Assembly: GCA_900553255.1 (NCBI GenBank)
Contig: USCI01000001.1
Location: 12,371 to 76,370 of the forward strand
Origin: an uncultured Oscillospiraceae bacterium
GTDB lineage: Bacteria; Bacillota; Clostridia; Oscillospirales; Acutalibacteraceae
Reading direction: 5' to 3'
DNA: 64,000 nt
A program made the translations under genes and the position numbers. Of this stretch, positions 37,493 through 44,655 are shown piece by piece (position 1 is the first letter of the stretch; every line of letters begins with the position of its first letter). The notes beneath the pieces were generated by a model. It was not told where the DNA came from. It ran no database searches and saw only the letters and a program-made list of their open reading frames with translations.

Positions 37493-37577
37493 TGCCAAAA
37501 GGGAGCCGGACAGAGCCGGCTCCCTTTTGGCGGCTTACGGCGGAAAAAAAGTCTTTCTTAATACGAGGGGATCGGCC

Positions 37578-39176
37578 ATGACAAAACAAAAATGGCGGAA
37601 AAAGCTCGAAGCCCGTTTTGGACGGATGCCGCAGGAAGCCATCGAAGACAGCGAAATCGATATCCTGCGGGGGTATTTCGACCACCGGCGTAAAGCGGAG
37701 CCGACGGTCTTCCATATCGACGAGACCACCTGGCAGGATCTCTCGCTGGACGAGGTGTACCGGCGGGTCAACCACACCCTGACCTCGCCGGGGGATCAGC
37801 TGCTGTACTACTGGCTGCGCGCCCCTGCGCAGGAGGAAGCGGTCTACACCCGGCGGCGGGAGATGATCCGCTATATGGAGACACACCCCGAGGTTCGTCT
37901 GCGCATCCAGATGATCCTGGCCAAAACCGGAAAGCACCGGGCCGCGCAGACAATCGAGTCCTTTGCCCCGTCGGCCGCCCGCTCAGGCGGATTATGGATC
38001 GCCCTGCTGCTGCCCGTGATGCTGCTGGCAGCGGGACTGTGCATGGTGAAAATCGCCTGGATGGTGCCGGTGTTTTTCGCGCTGCTCATCCTGCTGCCGG
38101 CCTACCATATCGGGATGACCCGCCGGCTGGAGGAAAACCTGCCGATTGCCAACGCCATCGTCTCCACCGTTGCCGCCTACCGGAAAATCGTCCGCACGCT
38201 GCCGGAGGACGGCCGGTTTTTAACCGCGCCGTACGAGCAGGCCGGCCGCCGGGCAAAGACGGTCACCCGGATCGGCGGCGCATCGTTCGCGACCTGCAAC
38301 GACCTGATGCTGCTGATCAACAACTTCCTTTTGTTTGACCTGATCGTATACGAGCTGCTGAAAACCCGCATCGGCCGGCTGAGCCGGGAGGTATCCGCCA
38401 TTCATACCTGTGTGGGCGAGCTCGACGCGGCCATCGCGGCGGCCTCCTACCGGAAGGCGGCCGGACACTGGTGCGAGCCGGATTTGTCCTTCGCGCCGGA
38501 TGCCCCGCTGCAGCTGCGGGCCGTCGGTATGGTACACCCGCTGCTCCGCCATCCGGTGCCCAACACGGTGGACACCGCACAGTGCCTGCTGATCACCGGT
38601 TCCAACGCTTCGGGTAAATCCACCTTTCTGAAGGCGGTCGCACTCAACGCCCTGCTCGCGCAGAGCATCGCCACCGCCCTGTGCGACGAATACAGCGCCC
38701 CGGCCTTCCATATTTACAGCTCGATGGCGCTCAGCGACGATATTCTGGCAGGCGAAAGCTATTTCGTCACCGAAATCAAGGCTGTGCGGCGCATCTGCCG
38801 CGCCGCGGAACGGGGAGAGCGCGTGCTGTGTATCGTCGACGAGGTGCTGCGCGGCACCAACACGGTCGAGCGCATCGCCGCCTCGAGCGTCCTGCTCGAG
38901 GATTTAGCGGAGCACGACTGCCTGTGCATCGCGGCAACGCATGACGCCGAACTGTGCGAGCTGCTCGGGGCGCGCTATGCCCTGTTCCATTTTCAGGAGC
39001 AGGTCACCGATTCCGACATCACCTTCGATTACCGTCTGCGCCCCGGTGCCGTCTGCTCCAGCAACGCCATCCGGCTGCTCGGGCTGCTCGGCTTTCCGGA
39101 AGCCGTCACCGCGCGTGCGGATGAACGGGCGGACCGTTATCGCCAAAGCGGAAAATGGACGCCCTCACCGCAATAG
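37578..39176 (+). CDS. MutS-family (domain V ATPase) protein with internal transmembrane segments
   Basis: 'LITGSNASGKSTFLKAVALNALLAQ' Walker A. 'SYFVTEIKAV' and 'IVDEVLRGTNTVERIA' MutS ATPase motifs. Hydrophobic stretch 'LWIALLLPVMLLAAGLCMVKIAWMVPVFFALLILLPA'. No mismatch-binding or Smr domain is evident. Confidence 0.75.
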   Translation: MTKQKWRKKLEARFGRMPQEAIEDSEIDILRGYFDHRRKAEPTVFHIDETTWQDLSLDEVYRRVNHTLTSPGDQLLYYWLRAPAQEEAVYTRRREMIRYMETHPEVRLRIQMILAKTGKHRAAQTIESFAPSAARSGGLWIALLLPVMLLAAGLCMVKIAWMVPVFFALLILLPAYHIGMTRRLEENLPIANAIVSTVAAYRKIVRTLPEDGRFLTAPYEQAGRRAKTVTRIGGASFATCNDLMLLINNFLLFDLIVYELLKTRIGRLSREVSAIHTCVGELDAAIAAASYRKAAGHWCEPDLSFAPDAPLQLRAVGMVHPLLRHPVPNTVDTAQCLLITGSNASGKSTFLKAVALNALLAQSIATALCDEYSAPAFHIYSSMALSDDILAGESYFVTEIKAVRRICRAAERGERVLCIVDEVLRGTNTVERIAASSVLLEDLAEHDCLCIAATHDAELCELLGARYALFHFQEQVTDSDITFDYRLRPGAVCSSNAIRLLGLLGFPEAVTARADERADRYRQSGKWTPSPQ

Positions 39177-39211
39177 AAAACAAGCTTACGATTAAAAAGG
39201 AGGCCTATCCA

Positions 39212-39964
39212 TTGACGACAAAAAAGCAGCTTTGCGAGGGACTGCGCCGGCTTGGCGTGCAGCCCGGCGATGTCCTTCTTGTCCACAGCGCGATGAAACC
39301 GCTCGGCCCGGTCGAGGACGGCTGCCGCGGCGTGATCGAGGCGCTGCTTGAGGCGCTGACCGACACGGGCACCCTGCTGCTGCCGGCGCTCACCTATGCG
39401 ACGGTCACGCGGGAAAACCCCGTTTTTTCGGTCAGCGATACCCCCTCCTGCGTCGGCAAACTGTCCGAGGCGTTCCGCACCATGCCGGGCGTCCGGCGCA
39501 GCGTACACCCCACCCACTCGGTGTGTGCCGTCGGACGGCTTGCCGCCGAAATGCTATCCGGGCACGAGGACGACCGCACACCGGTGGGACCGCATTCCCC
39601 GTTTCGCCGTCTGGCCGAGCAGGGCGGAAAAATCCTGATGCTCGGCTGCAGGCTAACCCCCAACACCTTTATGCACGGCGTCGAGGAGGAGGCCGGGGTA
39701 CCGTACTGCCTGTCACCCGACCCGATTGCCTATACCTGCATCCTGCCGGACGGGACGCGGTACACCGCCACATACACGCCCCATCTGTTTGAAGGGATAA
39801 CCCAGCGCTACGATCGGGCAGCGGCGCTGCTCGACGGGGGCGCCCTGCGGTTCGGCCGGGTAGCTCTGGCCGACTGCGCCTTGATCGACGCGGCAAAGCT
39901 GCGCCGGGCGGCGCTGGCCCGGATGCAGACGGAGCCTCTGTATTTTGTCGATCGCAACGTCTGA
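39212..39964 (+). CDS. AAC(3)-family aminoglycoside N-acetyltransferase-like protein
   Basis: 'GVQPGDVLLVHSAMKPLG', 'GTLLLPALTY', 'RSVHPTHSVCAVG' and 'TFMHGVEE' match the AAC(3) fold. TTG 39212 follows AAGGAGG by 8 nt. The track start at 39155 overlaps the upstream gene. Confidence 0.75.
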   Translation: MTTKKQLCEGLRRLGVQPGDVLLVHSAMKPLGPVEDGCRGVIEALLEALTDTGTLLLPALTYATVTRENPVFSVSDTPSCVGKLSEAFRTMPGVRRSVHPTHSVCAVGRLAAEMLSGHEDDRTPVGPHSPFRRLAEQGGKILMLGCRLTPNTFMHGVEEEAGVPYCLSPDPIAYTCILPDGTRYTATYTPHLFEGITQRYDRAAALLDGGALRFGRVALADCALIDAAKLRRAALARMQTEPLYFVDRNV

Positions 39965-40015
39965 ATCCTGTGACAAACAAAAACGGGCCATCGGCATGGC
40001 CCGCTGAAAATCTTC

Positions 40016-40049
40016 GGGGGATGATGCCACGCATCATCCCCCCTTTTTT
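40016..40049 (+). terminator. rho-independent terminator
   Basis: GGGGGATGATG-ccacg-CATCATCCCCC followed by CTTTTTT. Confidence 0.8.
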
Positions 40050-40071
40050 ACGGCCGTCCGGCCGGAAAACG

Positions 40072-40614
40072 CTATTCCTCCATCTGCTTGCCGAGGAAAG
40101 CCGCCGCCACCTGCGCCAGGCGGACATCGCCTTCGTTGGGGACCGCACCGCTGTCCGGCAGCAGCATACACACCGCGCCGATGACATCCCCCGCGGCGAG
40201 GATCGGCGCCACCACCGCAGCCGCCCGGTCGCTGCCGTCGACCGGCTGGACCCGGTTCGCATCCCCCGCCGCGATCTGATAGGTCCGGCGCTGGTCCATC
40301 AGTTCTTCGAGGCGTGCGGATACCCGCCGCTCCTGAAACTCCTTTTTGGAAATACCGGCGGCCGCCACCACATGGTCCCGGTCGCAGATCAGCACCGCCA
40401 TACCGCAGGCGCGGGACATCACGTCGGCGTACTGACCGGCAAACGGGGAAAGCTCGCCGATCGGGGAATACTTTTTGAATACCACTTCCCCGTCGTTATC
40501 GGTAAAGATCTCCAGGGGATCCCCTTCACGGATACGCATGGTCCGCCGGATTTCCTTGGGGATCACCACGCGGCCGAGATCATCTATTCTACGAACAATT
40601 CCTGTTGCCTTCAT
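40072..40614 (-). CDS. spoVT: stage V sporulation protein T (AbrB-type N-domain + GAF-like domain)
   Basis: 'MKATGIVRRIDDLGRVVIPKEIRRTMRIREGDPLEIF' followed by a ~120-aa C-terminal domain. The length fits SpoVT. Confidence 0.9.
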   Translation of the reverse strand: MKATGIVRRIDDLGRVVIPKEIRRTMRIREGDPLEIFTDNDGEVVFKKYSPIGELSPFAGQYADVMSRACGMAVLICDRDHVVAAAGISKKEFQERRVSARLEELMDQRRTYQIAAGDANRVQPVDGSDRAAAVVAPILAAGDVIGAVCMLLPDSGAVPNEGDVRLAQVAAAFLGKQMEE

Positions 40615-40620
40615 AATATA

Positions 40621-40679
40621 AATCAATCTCCTTGTTTTAGTAATAGTGATACTATTATCTGTAAAACAAGGAGATTTAT
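40621..40679 (-). promoter_or_regulatory. inverted repeat in the spoVT leader that can base-pair with the Shine-Dalgarno sequence
   Basis: The minus-strand RNA arm AAAUCUCCUUGUUUUA pairs over 15 bp with UAAAACAAGGAGAUU, which contains the SD AAGGAGA. The 22-nt loop holds a nested AAUAGU/ACUAUU stem. Confidence 0.55.
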
Positions 40680-40805
40680 ACGCTATAGGATATTTTTAAG
40701 GCAAGTCACGAAGTATAGGCAAAAACTGTAGCCGGAGTCTGCGAAATATTTTGAACAGTGCAAACTCGACGTGACATAAAATGATTTTTCTATTTTTGAA
40801 ACGCA

Positions 40806-41678
40806 TCAACTGCGATTCTTCCGATACTTGGATGGAGCAGCGCCGTAATACCGTTCAAACACTCTGGTAAAGGACGACGCATCAGGAAAACCGACTGCGG
40901 CACCGATTTGAGTAACACTGAGGGAAGATTCCGTAAGCATCTGCTTCGCGTGGGTCAGACGGCACAGTAAAAGATATTCATGCGGTGCTATTCCCGTAAC
41001 ACGGCGGAACAACTTTGAAAAATAAGGTCGGGATAAAAAGCACTGTTGTGCCAACTGATCTACATTGAGCGGTTCACGATAATGCGTCTTGATGTAGGTA
41101 ATACTGTTTCCTATCAACTGCCGTGACAATTCCGAAACAGTATCACAGCAATCCTCGTCACCAAGCAGTGCGACCAAAATGGCATAGATCTCACCTGACA
41201 AAAGCGCACCTGCACCGAGCGGTGGCTGCTCCATCATAGCAAGAATCCGATCGGTATGCTCAATCACATTTAAGAACGTCGGGGATGTAGGTATCATCAT
41301 AGGTCCACTTTTCTTTTGCAGATGTGAGGTGTACTGCTCGCGCATTGCACCGCCCCAATGAATATATTTGAACGCCCAGCCCTCCTCCAAAGAATAGTAA
41401 CTGTGCGGCGTTTCGGCATCCAATATAGCAACCGTTCCTGCCGTCAGAAGGTAGGTTTTTTCGCGATAAAGCAGTTCCCCGCGACCCGACAGCGTCATCA
41501 TAAGCAGTGTATCGCCGCAGACCCGTTGTCTAATCGCATAGCTTTTTTTGGTAACATAGTGCCCTGCATAGTGCGGCGTAAAAAACAGCTTCTCATGTTC
41601 ATCCGATGCAATATAGATGTGCCGCAGAGTATATATAGAGTTTTCTGTTTCCGCAACCGGAATTCGATCATTTATCAT
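40806..41678 (-). CDS. AraC-family transcriptional regulator
   Basis: Cupin-like N-terminus and C-terminal 'NVDQLAQQCFLSRPYFSKLFRRVTGIAPHEYL..' HTH pair. ATG at 41678 (MINDRIPV) is preferred over the track start. Confidence 0.85.
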   Translation of the reverse strand: MINDRIPVAETENSIYTLRHIYIASDEHEKLFFTPHYAGHYVTKKSYAIRQRVCGDTLLMMTLSGRGELLYREKTYLLTAGTVAILDAETPHSYYSLEEGWAFKYIHWGGAMREQYTSHLQKKSGPMMIPTSPTFLNVIEHTDRILAMMEQPPLGAGALLSGEIYAILVALLGDEDCCDTVSELSRQLIGNSITYIKTHYREPLNVDQLAQQCFLSRPYFSKLFRRVTGIAPHEYLLLCRLTHAKQMLTESSLSVTQIGAAVGFPDASSFTRVFERYYGAAPSKYRKNRS

Positions 41679-41835
41679 ACAAGTCGGCAAATTTATCCCT
41701 CCAAGATTACAAAACGTAAAAAATCGGATACATTTTATCATTGCAACCCCTTTATTTGTGTACTATAATCAAAAATAACCATATTAGTATTATACTACAT
41801 TGATGACATTTTGTAAAGAATGCAAGGAGGCAAAT

Positions 41836-42726
41836 ATGAACACGTTCCAAAAATCACCCAATAATCCTATCTATGGCAGTAAGAGCACCGGTACTCTTTT
41901 TGATGTTCTGGTACAGAAAGAGGACGGCAGATTCCGCATGGACTTCTCCTGGCGTTCGAAGAAAGCGCTGGCTGTCGCGTTTTCTGATGATGGTAGTCAT
42001 TGGAGTGACCCTCAGATCACACTGCATTGCGATCAGAACACCGGCTGGGAGGATAACAACAACCGCAACTGTGTCGTGCGTATCGGAGACACCTGGCATA
42101 TGTGGTATACAGGACAAGCTCGCGGCTATAGCTTTATCGGCTATGCAAAAAGCGACGACGGTCTGCACTTCATGCGTGTCATCGACGAACCCGTTCTGAT
42201 CTCCGAGCGACTTTGGGAAGGTATGTCAGTCATGAATCCCTGTGTGTTGTATGAGGATGGCATCTTCAAGATGTGGTATGCCGCAGGGGAAACGTATGAG
42301 CCGAACGTTCTTGCCTATGCCGAAAGCCACGACGGCATTCACCGGGAAAAGAGTCGAATCAATCCGATTTTTGTCAGAGAAACGAGCAATGACTATGAAC
42401 AGAACCGCGTCGGCGGCTGTCAGGTTCTCCATGTCGAAGGGCTTGGCTATCTGATGTTCTACATCGGCTATGGTGATATCAACACTGCATGCATCTGTGC
42501 CGCACTTTCTCCCGATGGAAAAACGCAATGGAAGCGCTGCAAAAAGAATCCATTAGTCGTACCCGACATCGGTATGTGGGACGAGCATTCCTGTTATAAG
42601 CCTTCCGCACTGTATGATGAGAATATCGGTGGCTGGCGTATCTGGTATAACGGCCGCAGAAACAGCAACGAATTCATCGGTGAAGCCTTTATGCCTGGAG
42701 ATCTGACCGCAGAGGATTTCGGCTGA
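41836..42726 (+). CDS. five-bladed beta-propeller glycosidase/phosphorylase-like protein (GH130/GH43-type fold)
   Basis: RBS AAGGAGG. Repeated 'W(H/K)MWY(T/A)G'-type blade motifs ('WHMWYTGQA', 'FKMWYAAGE', 'WRIWYNGRR'). No signal peptide. Confidence 0.65.
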   Translation: MNTFQKSPNNPIYGSKSTGTLFDVLVQKEDGRFRMDFSWRSKKALAVAFSDDGSHWSDPQITLHCDQNTGWEDNNNRNCVVRIGDTWHMWYTGQARGYSFIGYAKSDDGLHFMRVIDEPVLISERLWEGMSVMNPCVLYEDGIFKMWYAAGETYEPNVLAYAESHDGIHREKSRINPIFVRETSNDYEQNRVGGCQVLHVEGLGYLMFYIGYGDINTACICAALSPDGKTQWKRCKKNPLVVPDIGMWDEHSCYKPSALYDENIGGWRIWYNGRRNSNEFIGEAFMPGDLTAEDFG

Positions 42727-42779
42727 TTAGAATCCCCGTTACAACATCATTTGTGCAAAAGAAAGGAGATCCGGCGCCA

Positions 42780-44129
42780 ATGACTATTGCATTTCCAAAG
42801 TTTATCTCCTCAGATGAGGATTTAAATGTCACCTATGACTACCGCCGTTCAATATATCAACAGCATATCAAAAAAACGCCCACCGGTCATGTTATCACGG
42901 AATTTCTTCCGGACGTCCCTTGGGCAGGCGTTTATAATACCATCAGCTGTGCGGCAATGCATCATTTTCGCGAAGGACGCTGGATGCAAAATCCTTCTGT
43001 GCTGACAGAATATGCACAGTTTTGGTGCACGGAAGGCAACCCGCGCCTGTACAGCTTTCCTATTGCCGACAGCATCCTCGCACTGTGTCGGGTGACGGGT
43101 GATTATTCCACCGCCGATGCGCTTTACTCAAAGCTTTGTGAAATTCACAGCGCATGGGATGACCACAAAACCGCTGACGGTATGTATCGTCAGTCCTGTG
43201 ACCGCGACGGTATGGAATATTCCATTTCCGGTGACGGTCTGCGTCCGACGATCAACTCTTATATGTACGCAGACAAGTGTGCATTGTCGTATCTTGCGCG
43301 CCGTGCGAATGACAACACCGCCGCACAGTCCTATGCTGATGATGCTTTTCATTTGCTCGAGCAAATCAATGTGTGTCTGTGGAATGATGAAACCAATATG
43401 TATGGTGTTGTTTCTGATAACGGTATGATGCAGAACGTTCGCGAGCTGATCGGCTATATTCCGTGGATTTATGGAATTCCGACCGCAAAGCGGGACTCCT
43501 GCTTTGATAATCTGCTCGATCCATCCTGTTTCGCCTCGCCCTTCGGTCTGCGTACCGCAGACGCTTCCCATCACGATTATCGGAAACCCTACCCGCATGA
43601 ATGCCTCTGGAACGGTCCGATTTGGCCATTTGCCTCTTCTCAGACATTGACGGCAGTCATCGAATATCTACACACAGCAGAGGCACCTGTCCTGTCACCC
43701 AAGGATTTTACAGAGCTTATTCTGACCTATGCAAGATCCCACCGCGATACGGACGGCACACCTTATTTGGATGAAAATATGGACCCCGACACAGGCATCT
43801 GGCTCGCACGAGAGATTATGCGCGGATGGAATCGACCCGGTAAGGATCCCACGCGCGGGCGACACTATAATCATTCCACATTTATCGATCTGGTGATGAC
43901 CGGCATCTGCGGCATCCGTCCGTGTGACAGTGATCGTTTGATTCTGCACCCGCTCGGCACTTCACTTGATTGGTTCTCCGCAGAAGATATTCACTATCAC
44001 GGACATGTCCTCTCATTCAGGTGGGACAAAATCGATGGTCTGCGTGTGGATGTGGACGGAACACGGTCGTTTTTTGCTCAAGCAGCTGCGGATGTTCGTT
44101 TGGAGATCCATCTTGCCGACATTGAATGA
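42780..44129 (+). CDS. (alpha/alpha)6-barrel glycoside hydrolase, GH63/MGH1-like
   Basis: RBS AAAGGAG before ATG 42780. 'PFGLRTADASH', 'ECLWNGPIWPFASSQ' and 'HYNHSTFIDLVMTGICGIRP' resemble GH63/trehalase-type six-hairpin enzymes. Confidence 0.65.
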   Translation: MTIAFPKFISSDEDLNVTYDYRRSIYQQHIKKTPTGHVITEFLPDVPWAGVYNTISCAAMHHFREGRWMQNPSVLTEYAQFWCTEGNPRLYSFPIADSILALCRVTGDYSTADALYSKLCEIHSAWDDHKTADGMYRQSCDRDGMEYSISGDGLRPTINSYMYADKCALSYLARRANDNTAAQSYADDAFHLLEQINVCLWNDETNMYGVVSDNGMMQNVRELIGYIPWIYGIPTAKRDSCFDNLLDPSCFASPFGLRTADASHHDYRKPYPHECLWNGPIWPFASSQTLTAVIEYLHTAEAPVLSPKDFTELILTYARSHRDTDGTPYLDENMDPDTGIWLAREIMRGWNRPGKDPTRGRHYNHSTFIDLVMTGICGIRPCDSDRLILHPLGTSLDWFSAEDIHYHGHVLSFRWDKIDGLRVDVDGTRSFFAQAAADVRLEIHLADIE

Positions 44130-44169
44130 TAAGATCATATGTGTGTAACGAGTTAAGATGAAATTTACC

Positions 44170-44323
44170 TCGTTTGTGCTATGTATAGTTCAAAATTTGC
44201 TGGTTTTCATCAAAAATTATTCTTTGAAATTGCCCGAAATCCCAGTGTTTATGCGGCTTTAAGCGACGTTTGTGTTATTATAACACGAGCCTCAATCCTT
44301 CTGACAATTCCAGTTGCTTTCAT
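44170..44323 (-). pseudogene. degraded AbrB/SpoVT-family gene remnant
   Basis: The minus strand after the RBS GAAAGGA reads MKATGIVRRIEARVIITQTSLKAA*. Its first 10 aa are identical to SpoVT at 40614. A downstream 'TLGF' echo of AbrB 'RRTLGI' follows an in-frame stop. Confidence 0.55.
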
Positions 44324-44593
44324 CTTAAAAATTCCTTTCTTCCACGATACGCTTTTTTCCATCTATATTCCATGCAGGGATTTCATGGATCGTTCTTTCC
44401 GCTCCCTGCCATCAATGGCAAAAGTAGTATCTGTCTGAACGGAATTTTTATTCAGCGGCAACAGCCATTTTTTCGCATTGAAAGCCAACACTGTCTGCCC
44501 GTACAACCGCGCTTTCCGGCCAAACACCGGACAATGCCCGGACTTTGTCGTTATCCTGAAGCGACCTGGAAAATGTTTCTATATATTCAAAAT

Positions 44594-44637
44594 ACGGGAA
44601 CGGAGGCTGAGGTGTTGACCTCAGCCTCCGTTCCCGT
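44594..44637 (-). terminator. rho-independent terminator of the membrane AraC regulator gene
   Basis: 19-bp perfect stem ACGGGAACGGAGGCTGAGG / CCTCAGCCTCCGTTCCCGT. The U-rich tail is on the minus strand (CGTATTTTG). Confidence 0.8.
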
Positions 44638-44655
44638 ATACGGCCGCAAACCATC

